A stretch of DNA of 64,000 nucleotides from Octopus sinensis (lineage: Eukaryota), in NCBI RefSeq assembly GCF_006345805.1, contig NC_043014.1:5270001-5334000 (forward strand). Direction: 5' to 3'. Under the pieces are notes generated by a model. That model saw only the letters and a program-made list of their open reading frames with translations. It was not told the origin of the DNA and ran no database searches. The position numbers were made by a program, and so were the translations under genes. Shown one piece after another: positions 28,037-42,074 of this stretch; within the stretch, counting starts at the first letter, position 1, and the number at the start of each line of letters is the position of its first letter.

Positions 28037-28269
28037 GTAAGAACTAATTTTATGGCTAAAGTCTTTTACCCGTGTCTCATTAACTAATCATTTATAGTTT
28101 CACCAACTTTGAATTAGTTCCACATTACCATCTATATGTCCACAATAATATATACTAAGACATTTGCCTGAATTTATTTCAAAACATGTTCTACTTTACA
28201 ATAATTTCCTAAATAAAATGTTACTTTAATATACTATGCCATTTATTGTGTGTATATGAGTACATATGC

Positions 28270-30258
28270 AGTGCTACGTCGAGAATTATTTCGGCCCGCA
28301 ATTATCCTCCGAGTGTGCTCTTCGCCGAGTGTCCGAGGCGACCGGTACGTTCACCATGAAAAAATTGGAGTGCTCAGAGCGAGCCATACCGGCTTGCATA
28401 CGATAAGCATAGAATGCCCTCTTCATTTGAGAATCAAATACCCCGAGCTGGCGCTTCACTGCGTTTATATCTACAATTCCGCATTCTGTCCACTCTTGTG
28501 CTTCCAATCATTCGTGAACATAGACCCGCAATAATGATGTTCCACTTTCCTACACAATGCGTATTTGTCAATCCTGCCTTGGGGTACCTTGCAGCCAACC
28601 CATTCAGTGCACGTTGTTGGTGACCATCAGACGAATCAGGTAGCAGCATGTCGTCTACAAATAACAGTCGACCGATCACGTAGAGATCAATTGAGATACC
28701 TCTACCACAATGGCTGCGCATATTCAACCAGATCACAAAATAGGATGTGAGAAGGGGCACTAACAATGCACACTTCAACTAAGTGAAACCTTCACGTTGA
28801 AAACTTTCGACTTTTACATAAATACAATAATTTGAACATCAATATAAGTTCTTTATGGCAACCTGTATTTGCCCATTAAACTCACCTTCCTGGTAAACCA
28901 TCCACAGCATGCCTCAGGGCACATGATCATGTGCCTTTTCGTGGTTTACAGCGTATTCCTCTTGGAAATGCCTCAACGTTTGCTGGAAGATCTGTCTTTG
29001 AACGACTCTCTGGTTGGGTGTACTGCGTTCCGGACCGTAATCTTGGGCGCGACAACTTCCCTACATATCGTTTCCTGAAATCTAGTGTAGACTTTTCTAT
29101 AATTAGAACACACTCTTTGGTCTCTGTTTGAGAAAATTGTGATTGGCACCCCATATTACCATTGCCTTGGTGTTTTTTCCAGAGGTCCCATCCACCTTGC
29201 GTACATGGGTCACTCAGAGAATACCATCTGTATTTAAGGTTTCTAAAATATCAAGCCGAACGTGCTTATCACCAGCAGCTTTATCACTTTTAAGTGAGTT
29301 TAGCTTAAATAAGCGTTCAACGGAAGAAGAACCTGCCGAAAAATATTATACAATCACGAATCCCTTTGATGTCCAAGTCCATTCAGGCGGGTCACTCTCA
29401 ATTTGGATGCAAAAGACTCCACATTTTTGTTTCTGATCCTAGCATCCACTGCGGCTGCCAACTGTATTCTGTAGGTCGCACTGGACTTACCAATTTCCAG
29501 TGTTCGGCAGACTGTAGGAATTTTCAGATTTTTAGACATTTAGGTAGTGCCGAATTTACAACTCCACCCCTCCTTTTACCCGAACGTTCACCAAAGAGTG
29601 AAAGATGACCGACATCTATCAGAAACCTCTGTCACCAAGTATTTCTATACCAGGCACCCTTATAAATATCCCTGTCTTAAAATAATATCTATACCATAGA
29701 GTGGAGAGTGTGTATCCTGCACAGAAGGCTGCTATGACCTCTCCATTAAGTTCACTGACGACATTCCTTCCAATCAATCCTTCTCACGGTTATCAGTGCC
29801 AAGGTGTGCACTGAAATCTCCTTGCAGGACAAATGACTTTACCCCAAATATATCTAAAGCTGAGGTGAATTTGCTTAGGAAGGATTTGTATTTGACCTCG
29901 CTGTGTGCTGCATATACTTACAGCAGCCACAGTGGTCCTTCATATTCAGCCTTAGCTTCAAGAGGTGAACCCTCACACCTAGTAGGTTTCACTCCATAAT
30001 ACAATCCGAAAGCTGGGGATTGAGGGTATTCTAATCCCACCTGTGCAGACATTGCTGGCACCACAGTTGCGTAGTGGAGTTTCAAGCCTATATCCAGGTG
30101 TACGCTATCGGAGAAAGGAAATTTTGTAGAGGAGACACCGATTATATCTTACAGGCAGATTATATCTAACAATTTCGACGTTTTAATTCTCAATTATTAA
30201 AGGTTGTTCCCTTCTTGATCTGCTTTGTCGTCCTGAGACCGTCAATATTGTGCTCCCA
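28270..30258 (-). mobile_element. RTE-type LINE remnant (unit 3a), truncated near 30258
   Basis: LLFVDDMLL; homology with the other units stops at ...GTGCTCCCA. Confidence 0.7.
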
Positions 30259-30399
30259 TCAAAAACGGTTAACATATGTATGTCTGTATGCATGTATTTA
30301 TTTAGGTATGTATGTGTGCGTGTGTGTAAATATGTGTGTATGTATTATGTATGTGTGCGTGTGTGTAAATATGTGTGTGTGTATAGACTGATAGATTTG

Positions 30400-30447
30400 C
30401 GGATAGACAGACAGACAGACAGAAAGAGAGACAGATAGATAGATAGC

Positions 30448-30478
<31 letters not shown>

Positions 30479-30479
30479 T

Positions 30480-30558
<79 letters not shown>

Positions 30559-30559
30559 T

Positions 30560-30603
<44 letters not shown>

Positions 30604-30627
30604 GAGATAGACAGACAGACAGACAGT

Positions 30628-30667
<40 letters not shown>

Positions 30668-30687
30668 AAGATAGATAGATAAATAGA

Positions 30688-30737
<50 letters not shown>

Positions 30738-30767
30738 TATAGATAGATAGACAGACATATAGATAGA

Positions 30768-30819
<52 letters not shown>

Positions 30820-30822
30820 TAT

Positions 30823-30903
<81 letters not shown>

Positions 30904-30916
30904 TATATATATAGAT
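30400..30916. repeat. (GATA)n/(GACA)n array
   Basis: Direct observation; continues at 32053-32138 on the other side of the Tx1-like insertion. Confidence 0.9.
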
Positions 30917-32052
30917 ATGTTTCTTTATTAGCCACACAGGGCTGCACACAGATAGAACAAATTACAAGGTAGAGCTTTTCTTTTGAAGGTTAAAAAAAAA
31001 AAAAAAAAAAAAGGAAGGGGGAGTTTCGATCAAAAGGGATCGTAAAAGGAGAGAAAGAGGACAAAAGAAAGGGGGTGTTAAAAAAAAAAAAAAAAAAAGG
31101 GGGAGAGGAAAAAAAATTGATCAATAGGGATCGTTATCACAGAAATGTCAATATGAAGTGTAAAGGGGAGGACAGGTGAGGTTTACCCGTGGAAAGAAAA
31201 GCCTACGGAAAAGACCACGGTAACCTCGGTCAATGAAGTCACATTTTATATTTCTTTTTTTTTTTTTTTTTTGCAAATAAGCAACTCTCTGTTTTCGATT
31301 TCTGGGTTCATAGGACTATGCTCAAGGTGGCTTCGTCATTCATACGTGCCATTCTTGCTACATTCACCCATCTTTTTTTAAAACATTCGCTAGACAAAAC
31401 TTGCCTCTCTACTCTCACTTTCCTTTTCAAGTGGTACTTGAAGAAGTTGATGAGAGATTGACCAGAGAGGAAAGTGTTTGTCTCCAATCCTTTCAGACGC
31501 GTCCACCAGATACATTCTTTCGCCATAGCCACAAGGATGATGAAAATAGCTCTTCCTTCCCGTTTGAAGGAAGGAGGCGTGACAATATTGACGATAGACT
31601 CAGCTGATAAACCGACTCGTCCAACACGTGACAGCAGTTGTTCGACATAAGCCCACAGGTCGGAAATTGTTGGACACTGAACGAGTGCGTGCAGAACGGT
31701 TTCGTCGCTCTGACCGCATCTCGGGCAGGTCGGCCCCGTGTTTCTCGGGCTGTGTCTGTAGAGCTTATCCCGAACGGGTAGCGCTTCTCGGTAGCACTGC
31801 CAGGCCAGGGATCTCTGGAAGTTGTCCATGGGCCCTGGCCCGAAAGTCGTCCCGAACAGGCGGGTCAGGTACTCCTCGTCGACGTCCAGGTTCGCCCCGA
31901 GCTCGTCGTCGTACCTCCCCTCCACTAAACCCCTATAGAATGCTTTGGTTGTGTTGAAGTCACTTAAGGTCGACCCAGGACGGCAGAGTTGCTTGAGAGC
32001 AACGCGACACTCGCGGTGCCATTCGCCCTTCCTCGGCCTCTTTTTGATCCAC
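30917..32052 (-). mobile_element. 5'-truncated Tx1/L1-like non-LTR retrotransposon (zf-RVT C-terminus plus 3'UTR)
   Basis: GC-rich, uninterrupted ORF 31308-31925 with CPRCGQSDETVLHALVQC zinc-finger motif; AATAAA at the 3' end; flanked by (GATA)n/(GACA)n. Confidence 0.78.
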
Positions 32053-32053
32053 G

Positions 32054-32134
<81 letters not shown>

Positions 32135-32148
32135 GATACCTGTCAATC

Positions 32149-32719
32149 TATTCGGTTGTCCGGAAATTTATTGCCGATATATGGTAGCTTTAATTTCGAC
32201 TTATTTTAGAACATGGTTGAGTTCATAAAATAGAATTTAACTCCACCTCCATTTAGAGCGCTGTTTAAGCTATCTTTTCGTGTAAGAAGGTTTATGTTCC
32301 TATAACCTGTGTTAATTTTGTAACACTTGAAAAGGCAAGATAAGAAAGTTACTTTTCGGTACTTGATGCTTTGGAAACCAGACAAAAATTGCTGCAGCTC
32401 GGCTGGCATGTGTTACTCCATCCCTCCATATTTGCAAGATATTGCACCTTCGGATTTCCACTTATTCAGGCCTATGTAGAATAGTGTCAATGGTAAAAAT
32501 TTCAATTCCTTGAATGACGTAAAAAGATATCTCGATGAATTCTTTGCCATGAAACCACCTCAATTCTGGAAAGAGGGTATTTTCAAGTTAAAGGAAAGAT
32601 GGAGAAGCATAGTGCAACAAAATGGTTCATATTTGGTTGTTTAAAAATGCAATGGCAAGTATTTATTGGCCCTTTATTTTCCTTTAAAAATCGGCACGAA
32701 CTTTCCAGGCAACCCAATA
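32149..32719 (+). mobile_element. Internally deleted mariner element
   Basis: ~30-nt TIRs TATT(C/G)GGTTG(T/C)C.GGAAA.TT..TGCCGAT; C-terminal transposase PYLQDIAPSDFHLFR...[23 protein letters not shown] (YSPDLAPSD motif) with a stop. Confidence 0.82.
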
Positions 32720-32829
32720 TAAATACATATATATATATATGTATATATGTATATATGTATACATATATATATATACATATATATATATAAACGCATACAC
32801 ACAAACATATGCTATATATATGTATAAAC

Positions 32830-32869
<40 letters not shown>

Positions 32870-33674
32870 ACACACACACACATATATATATATAAATTTG
32901 TATACACTTACATATATACATCTACATATACACACTATATTTAAGGAGTGTATAACAAGTTTATATAGCACCCGTGTACAAAATATCTAATCCTCATCCG
33001 TTTCGTATGCAGTCAATTTATAACCTACTATATATGTTCCCTAACATTTTTCTTACAAACTTTTGTGATATTCCATTGAATGCCAAATAATATATCGACC
33101 TTCGAGCTTCAATTCGGAATATTATTCACCAGTGCTAGAAATGCCTGACTCTTCAGTGATCATGATGGATAACTATACTAAACAATATCAGGGCGATAGA
33201 GCTTTGGCATAAATTCAAACTACTTTTAAATATTGCTTCATATTGCCTTGACAGTTTCTCCAAATGACGCAGTGGAAAAGTCCTACTGCGGATTAGGACG
33301 CCGTACATGAAAGGTTGGCGTCGGGCTTTCTTGTACGTCAGCAGAATGCGCAAGTCTACGTTTCTAGTAATCTTCAAACTACCAGCGATTTTAGAGAGCA
33401 AAATTAGTCTACTCTTGACAATGTACAGGGATATTAGCTGTTTATGTAATGTGTATGCTTTGCCATATACAAGCATGAAATACTGAAATAGCAGATTCAC
33501 AGAAAGGCATGCAGTTCCAGCAAACCTCCAAGATGTAACACGATATAATAGATTTGGTGGAATGGACAATGTCGACATCACCCACACCTTCATAAAATGC
33601 TGTCCGAAAATGTTGTCATGTATTGCATTTTTTTCAGTTCTAAACGATAATAAATACTCTCTATTTTTCCACAG

Positions 33675-33726
33675 AACCGTGTCATCTCCAAGAAATCTTG
33701 CGACGATAAACCTGATGACACCCCAA
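33675..33726 (+). CDS. Gene 3 exon 2b (second, diverged stalk exon NRVISKKSCDDKPDDTP)
   Basis: ttttccacAG acceptor, GTAAGA donor; 52 nt; intact splice sites. Confidence 0.6.
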
Positions 33727-34028
33727 GTAAGAACTAATTTTATATTGTATAAGACAATAACTTTGAAGAAATGTTCAGGAATGAGATTAAATATTATAAA
33801 GTATCCAGCTTCCAGTTCTACAGTGTTTAGCTAAAGTCATTCACCCGTGTCTCCTTAACGATTTATAGTTTCACCAAAGTTGAATTGAATCTACATCACT
33901 ATCCATATTTCTTCAGTAATATATACTAAGACACTAATCTAAATTTCTTTTAAAATACATTTTTCTTTACAATAATTTCCTTAATAAAATTTTACTCTGT
34001 TATACTATGACATTAATTGTGTGTATAT

Positions 34029-34074
<46 letters not shown>

Positions 34075-34076
<2 letters not shown>

Positions 34077-35830
34077 CGCTACGTCGATAAGTGTACCAAC
34101 CATTGTTCGTCTGAGAATCGAATGCCCGACCTAGCGCATCAATGCGTTTATCTCTAGAATTTAGCAATCTGTTCAGTCTTGTGCTTCCAATCACTCGTGA
34201 ATAGATTCCCGAAGTAACGATGTTCCACTTTCCTGCAGAGTGTGTGTTAGTCATCCCTGCCTTGGAGCACTCGGCAGCCAACCCATTCAATGCATGTCGG
34301 AAGTGAACATGACATGAGTCAGATAGCTGCATGTCGTCTGCAAATAGCAGTCGACCGATCCCTTACAGACGAAATGAGATACTTCTACTAAAATGGCTGA
34401 GCCATGCTCAACCAGATCATAAGAAATGTGAGAAGAAGCACTAACAATGCACTCTTCTATTGAAGTCCAAACTCCACGTTGAAAACTTTCGGCTTTTGCA
34501 GAAATTCAAACATTTGGACATCCGGACAAGTATTTTACGCTAAAAAGTATTTGCCCAATAATCTCACCTTCCTGGTAAACCATCCACAACATACCACACG
34601 GCATGTAGTGTTATGCATTTTCGTGGTTTACAGCGTATCCCCATTGGAAATATTTCAACGTTTTCTCGAAGATCTGCCTTCGAACGATTTTCTGGTAGGG
34701 CGTACTGCGTCCAGGACAGTAATCTTGGGCGCGACAACTTCCCTACATATCGTTCCCAGACATGCAGTGTAGAACTTTCTATAATTAAAGCGTGATTATC
34801 ACCCCGGATTGCCATTGCCTTGGTGTTTTTCTAGAGGTCCCATGCACCTAGCATACATGGGTCACTCAGAGAATGTATATAATTTTTTTCAAAATGTCAA
34901 CCCGAACGTACTTTCTTCAGGAGCTTTATTACTTTAAAGTGATTTTCGTTCAAATAAGTATTCAGTTGAAAAAGAACCGGTCGAAAACCAGTTCTTGTTC
35001 TTATCCCATCACCCATCAACAACATCTAAAAAAAACCTCTGTCACGAAGCATTTCTATTCCAAGTACCCTTAAAACAATATCTATATCATACAGAGTCCG
35101 TTTCCTGCAAAGAAGGCCAGTATGGACGCCTCATTAAGGTATTTGACGTCATTCCACCCAATCAATCCTTCTTACGATTACCAGTGCCGAGGTGTGCACC
35201 GAAGTTTCCTTGTAGGACAATTGACTTTACCCCAAATATATCCAAAGCTGCATTGACTTTGTTAAAGAAGGATTTGTATTTGACCTCACTATTGCGTGCT
35301 CTTACTTCCTTCATTCTGCTTAAGCTTCAGGAGATATCCCTTAATACCTAGTGGGATACACTCCATAATCCAATCCGAAAGCCAGGGATTGTGAGCATCC
35401 CACTTCCGCCTGTGCTGACATAATTGGTGGCACACCTGCACGGTGGGGTTTCCAACCTAATTCCAAGTGTACGCCTCCGAAGTAAGGAAGCTTTCTTGAA
35501 GAGACACCGATTATATATAACAGGCGGCGTCTCGTATCGTCCGGTTTTGACAGTCTAATTCTCAATTATGAACGGTTGATCCCTTCTGGACCTGCTTCGA
35601 TGTCCTGGAACACGCATATTTCGTATTCCCTTCCAATGCATCCCAGATTAAGTTGGGTGGAGACTGATATATATTTCCCGAATGGACACCTCCACTCATG
35701 ATCCGGACGCAAATGCTGTTATCCCACTCGATGGATGACGCGGTATGGCTATTCCTTCGAGCCCTTTGCATATTGTAGCTATGATGGCCTGATTCGCGCC
35801 ATACACCAAGCTGATATTTTTAATTGGCCA
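34075..35830 (-). mobile_element. RTE-type LINE remnant (unit 3b, diverged version)
   Basis: RHALNGLAAECSKAGM; GWKPHRAGVPPIMSAQAEVG; clearly more diverged from the other units. Confidence 0.7.
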
Positions 35831-35911
35831 ATCAGGTGCCAAGAATTGATAATATGGCCTACATATCTATAAAAGAACTTTATCATCATTATGTTCACAA
35901 ATATATATATA

Positions 35912-36549
35912 CTAGCAGTATCGCCCGGCGTTGCTCGGGTTTGTAAGGGAAATAACTATATAAGCATTTTTAGAGAGTTATAGCCAAAAAATAGCAAAAA
36001 ATGCATTAAAAATGGAAAAAATACGATGGTAATTTTTTTTAAAAATCGTTGACTCATCGTAGACATTTTTAAAGAGTTACTTCCCTTATATAATTGCGAA
36101 AAAATGCATTAAAATGGAAAAAAAACGATGGTAAATGTTTTTTTAAAATCGTAGACTCATGTTGACGCTTTCTTAGCCATTTCTGTTTTGGTGTCTTCAA
36201 GCCATGAAGTCGTTGTTCTAAAAGAACGCTGGTCTCCTTGACAACGCATTACGACGTTGATTTCCTTACACTCCCTTCCCCACAGGTGCAGGTGTGAGCG
36301 TGGACGCCAACTCCGCCGCCATCGACACACGAAAAATTATGCATTAAAATGGAATAAAAAATGATGTTAAATTATTTTAAAAATCGTAGACTCATTGTAG
36401 ACGCGCGCTAATACTCAGACGGGATCGATATGAATCACGACTATAAGCTACCCGAATTTGGTTAAACTGCACCGCAAAATGTGGGAGTAGTTAGGAATCT
36501 AAATCGAAGGGGACAGACACTCACACAACTACAGTTTTATATATATAGA
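35912..36549 (-). mobile_element. Non-autonomous Helitron
   Basis: Minus strand A|TCTATATATATAAAA ... CCCGAGCAACGCCGGG-cgatactg-CTAG|T: canonical TC/CTAG ends, 3' hairpin, A|T target, no TSD; internal tandem duplication. Confidence 0.78.
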
Positions 36550-36559
36550 TATACATAGC

Positions 36560-37160
36560 GCAGTAGTGGTGAGATGTGACAGCAAAGAAAAGCATACATT
36601 CACTCTCTGCATGCAATTAGACTCGGAAAGTTCGTGAGGAACCCATTGACCCAATTTGCTGACTTCTCCGATAGCACACAGGTCTCAATGAATGGTTGAA
36701 TGACCAAATCCAAGCTTCTCTGCTAGTTCCTCAACAGTTACGATGAGATTTTGTTCCACCAGGGTTTTCAGGATGTCCTTGTCGAGTTCTACAGATCTTT
36801 CAGGATGAGGCTCGTCTTCTAGGCTGTAGTTTATGGCTCGGAAATTCTGGAACCACCATTGACACTGCCTTACGCTTATTGTCCAATCCCCATATACTGC
36901 ATTAATATTTCTTGTACTTTCCGTTGCGTTGTTGTCTTTATTGAACTCATAAATCAAAATATGCCAAATATGCTCCTTTGTTACTTCCAATATAGTTTTG
37001 AAAAAAATAGCTGTTAAAATCGAAATGCACTCTTCAAAACTTGCACTATGAATAAGGACAAGATAAAATTACTACCTGCTTTTATAGCAAGTTAATATAA
37101 GTAGTTTATCCCATTCCCCTCTGACTTTTAGTTCAAGCTGTTGAAAAAACCGCATTATTA
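36560..37160 (-). mobile_element. Mariner 5' half (HTH plus WVPHEL linker)
   Basis: ORF 36685-36990 has the Mos1/Hsmar-like HTH (YEFNK..NATE..RNINAVYG..SVRQCQWWF..F...SLEDEP); after the stop it continues SKLGQWVPHELSE. Confidence 0.82.
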
Positions 37161-37418
37161 TATATATATACATACATACATACATACATATACACACACA
37201 CTCTCTCACACACAGGCACACATTTATATTCTGTTATTCTTTTATATGTTTCAGCCTTGAGGTTGTGGCCATGCTGGATCATGTGTGTGTGTGTGTCTAT
37301 CTGTCTGTCTGTCTGTATGTATATATGTATATGTATGTGTGTGAACAATAATATTTTCAACAGATGTGTTGCAAATGTATCTGATTGTTCTCAAGCTTCA
37401 ATACTGTGTGTGTGTGTA

Positions 37419-37451
<33 letters not shown>

Positions 37452-37789
37452 ATGTATGTATGTATATGTATGTATGTATATGTATGTATGTATGTATGTG
37501 TGTATGTATGTATGTGTGTGTATGTATGTATGTGTGTGTGTATGTGTGTGTGTGTATGTATGTATGTATGTATGTATGTATGTATGTATGTATGTATGTA
37601 TGTATGAGTGTATGTTTACTTTATTACTAACACAAGCCACTACGGTTATTTAATGTAAAATCTTCCTCAAATCACTCTCTCTGGCTATTTACTCTCTTCC
37701 AAGAACATTTTCACTCACTCTTATGTGTTAGCTTCCCATACATTTTACTCATGTATCTACCAGCGTGATAGATAGAAACAAATATTACA

Positions 37790-38061
37790 TCTAGTTTCAC
37801 TTTATTCGTCGCACACTGTGTGTGTGCGTTTGCGTGTGGTGTAAACCAGACTAAGAAAAGCATTTGACACACACACCAGAATGTGAGTTTTCTGTAAATT
37901 TTGCTTAATTGGAGTTTAAATTTTAAAAACTGGACCTGGCATGACGCGATGCATTGTACTCTTAAAAATGCTAGGTAAATTGTAATTGAAGAAATCCTAT
38001 ATTGTAGATTTGTATAACTCCCAAAGGGAGGCAGATAAAATCTGCCTTTTATAATAAGAGA
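37790..38061 (-). mobile_element. Probable second Helitron 5' terminus
   Basis: Minus strand starts A|TCTCTTATTATAAAAGGCAGA; homology with the paralogous intron resumes right after 38061; the inner boundary is uncertain. Confidence 0.45.
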
Positions 38062-38393
38062 TACTCACATCCAAGTTCAACTACAAAACAACCATCCGTT
38101 CATAAGGGAGCCAAATACACATTCTGATATTCTGAGATTAATCTCTCAATTCGTTGACATCAACGTCAACAACAGGCTCAATAGACAAATGACTAATTTT
38201 CTTCGTTTAAAATTTATTCTTAGCGAATCATTTACTTCTTTCATTCTGATTTTCATTCATTCACTCATTCTTTTTCTCCTAAATTCTAAATTGCTCTCCT
38301 CTCTATCAATTTCTTCCAAGCCAACAACTTCCTTTGTATAGGATTCAAGAATTCTTTCTTTTAAACAAAATTGATTCATTTTAAATTTCACAG

Positions 38394-38468
38394 AACCCGG
38401 TCTCGGATCATTGTATACCCGGTGGGGCAGAACTACTTGTCCTACTAATTCAAGCCTTGTATATGACG
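38394..38468 (+). CDS. Gene 3 exon 3 (KPGLGSLYTRWGRTTCPTNSSLVYDG)
   Basis: tttcacAG acceptor, GTTAGT donor; 75 nt; gains an N-S-S sequon. Confidence 0.85.
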
Positions 38469-40046
38469 GTTAGTATAAACTATACTTCTGTTCACTCTTT
38501 CTGTCTTTATCTTTCTCTTCTTCTCTTTTATTCCTCTCATTTTCTCTTTCTGTCGCCCCCTCTCTTTCCGTTTCTCTCAGGCACGCGCACGCACACTCAA
38601 GCAAATCATGTGACATATCACGTCTGTAACGTTACCTATAGACCCTATAGAGACTGCACAAGAATGCTTACTCCTTTGTAGGTATTTGGTCAAATCAGAA
38701 TTTAAATGTTATCTACTACGGACCAGGTGAAAAGGATGTTGTCTAACCACAGAATATAGATATCTCTACGTTAAATTATAGATAGGGACTAGACTGGAAT
38801 CCAGTGTAGCGAACAAGGACTCCTGGCTGACTTGTATGAAGTGTAGATATCAAATACCGAGGCTGCTAACTGGTGATCAAGTGTACTGGCTACGGATCGT
38901 GGAATTATACGTGAGTGACCAGAGCTGAAAAGTGGCCATTTGACTATCATTACCTAGAGTGACTATTGATTGTCGTTATAGACGAAATTGAACAAGGTCT
39001 AATTAGAATTGCTGATTGAATGTATATGGTTAATGAAATGAACGCAGAATGTACAATGTGGACTGGACAAACCACACACTGTAACTAATGGACAAAGCTA
39101 ACTAAGGGCCGTAAGTATTATGCGAAATATGTAGGGACCAAGTACCACTGAGAGAACCCAAGTGAGTACATATTGCACTTCTATTCTTCTCGCCTTACCG
39201 AAATCGTCATGTCCCTCAAACCTTTCTGTTTCCATGCGTTACCTCCCCTCATTAATTGTCCAGTATATTTTTGTAAGGTAACGGCGGCACATCCAATTCA
39301 AAGCTACTGCTTCCCACATCTTCCCCAACCAACCTCGCATCCTTTGTGAATCTGCTCCCTATAAACCCTACACATGTCCTTTATCGGTCGCCGACATCGC
39401 TGTCCATTCTTCTTAAATACTACGCCATCAATGAGCTTCAAAATTCACTCCACCTCAGTTCATGCTTTGCATGAAATAAAATCTGTGTGATCATAATATT
39501 ATAGTATGTGGTAGGCCCGTCTCGTGGTAGGCCTGACTCGTCCGAGACAAACCGATGGATATAGCCAGCCACACCCGTATGGTCGGCTAAACAGTATTTC
39601 ATCCCCTCTTACCCACCAGTTCTCTGCATCTCACCGTCTCTCGTATTGTTCTACTCAAACCACATGCAATTCCCATCACCAACAATTTTCCCGTTCGAAC
39701 GTGAGCGACATCTTTTCCATTTCGGGAAATCACAACCACATGCGTTACAAAATCCCTTTCCTTTCTCCGTTTATTGACATCCACACACACACATCTACCC
39801 CATGCAATACACATCACAACCACAAATACTTACCCGCACACACCCACAGACACAAACACAAACACAAAGACACAAATATATAACACAGCATACACTCATA
39901 TAAACACTAAAACATACACCACAATTCGTTCACACGTGACTAAACATGAATTCTTTTAAGGGTCAAACTGTAATGAATGTTTCCGTTATTTCATATTTAA
40001 TTTTGCTTAATATCTTATTTACTTGATTTATTCTTACGAATCCTAG

Positions 40047-40546
40047 GTGTGGTTGGTGGACAACATTTTACCCATACTGGTGGCGGAAGTAATCTCTTGT
40101 GTCTACCCAACGATCCCATTTGGGCCAATTATACGACAGAAGATGAAAAATGTGGTTACATTCATGGCAGTGAATATGAATTAGGTCATTACCCAACTAA
40201 TAAACTCTTTTCCTTTGCTAATGCTAAATCACTTCATAATCACAACGTTCCGTGCGCTGTCTGTTTGACACGACAACCTGCTGTTGTTATGATGTTACCA
40301 GCCAGGACACAGTGTTACCCTGGTTGGACAGCTGAGTATTCAGGATATTTGATGTCCAGTCTTCACGCAGAAAAGGGCAGACTAGAATATGTGTGTGTCG
40401 ATTATGCACCAGAGGCTGATCCAGCAGGTTACAGAGACGAAAATGGAGCTGTATTATATTTCGTTCAGGCTGCTTGTGGTTCATTGCCATGTCCACCGTA
40501 TGTCAATGGTCAAGAATTAACCTGCGTTGTGTGCAGTAAATATTGA
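40047..40546 (+). CDS. Gene 3 exon 4: C4/NC1-like domain
   Basis: cctAG acceptor; intact ORF with all family motifs. Confidence 0.87.
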
Positions 40547-42023
40547 ATAGAAATTAAATTCGGTTCCATAGGAAAATGTCTGTGAATTACAAGAAATGAT
40601 ATGAATGTTTACCTAATATTTTCTTTCAAGTATGTCTATCGTTAAAAGAAACTGGTATATCAGATGATATTGAAAACCATACAAAATGGCGAAGTAGAAA
40701 GCCAGAAATATCCTGAGAAAAAAATCTAAATCTGTCAGAACAATTCTAGAAAAACATTTAGTAAGATTTCAATTTATCAAATTAATGTTAAGATAAAATG
40801 CTATTTCGGTTAACAGTATTTTGTCTTCTGCCTCATTATTCAGAAAAACCTAAATATAGTACCAGCATAGACATATATCAGCTTGTTTTTCACAGCCTTA
40901 GAAAATCTAATACTTGACGCTACTATCTCAGACATCTTGCTTTTGAAATTACAACTCAGATTCTAAAAAAGGACCATGAACCACCACATTATTTAGCACA
41001 GAAAACACACGATCGCTTCAACAACAACAACAACCAGTTACTTCTACACAAACCATTTTATTTGCCGTTATTAATCAGAAAAGCTTTCCGTTCCATTCTT
41101 ACCTCATAACTTATAAAACCTATTTATCATCTACTTTACAAATAACGCAAAATGTTCGTTTAAAGACTTCTGAGAATGTGGAAACTACACAATCAATCCT
41201 TCAAAAGACAGTCGAAATAAGTATTGGTCCTCCCAACCTAAATCTAAATCACAACCTTCCCACCTTTCCACAAATTATGACAAAATGAAACTCTATGCAC
41301 GGAACACTCAGATCATACACTAAACGCTGATATACAAGAATAAGAAAGGAAATCAACCAGAAAAATTGCCTCATTTAAGCAGCAGAGAACATGAAATAAG
41401 ACGATTACTTTCACTCATCTACGTAAACATACCAGAACCGAAGAAAGGATGGGTCCTAGAAGCTGAATACATTTCATGCGAAACGAATACAACACCCATA
41501 AAAGTGAGAGTAAAGAGAGCAAATATAGTCAGGGCAAGCACGGATGCTGTGTGTAAGAAGGCTGAGATGTTGTGACCGTCACGTTATATCCAATAGGATT
41601 CATGATTGTCTGTTGGAGTGTGTCGAATATTTGTTAGATAAACGAAGGGTTCGGTTTACAGCATCAAGCTGCAATAAAGATTAAAGATTATTAATGTTTA
41701 CTATCCCACTATTATTAGTCTGATGGGTAAATCTGCATTCGCTTCTCTAGATTACAAATATTTTCCTGGTTGTAAATCGTAAACAATTGCAGAGAATACG
41801 GACGCTGGAAGATCTTCAAATTCATCTTTTGATTCAGCGGCATAATTAGACAGTTAAAACGACCGCCATGTGTTTAAGCTGTACAGAGCATGCGCAGCTG
41901 CATATGCAACCCGCCATTACAAAAGGAAGAATTATGGGACTTTGTTGAAATCTGACATGGCTGTAAGATTTATTTTGTAGCTTATTTCAAATTAACCTTA
42001 TTTCGAGGGCCAAACCGAGAGTG

Positions 42024-42074
<51 letters not shown>

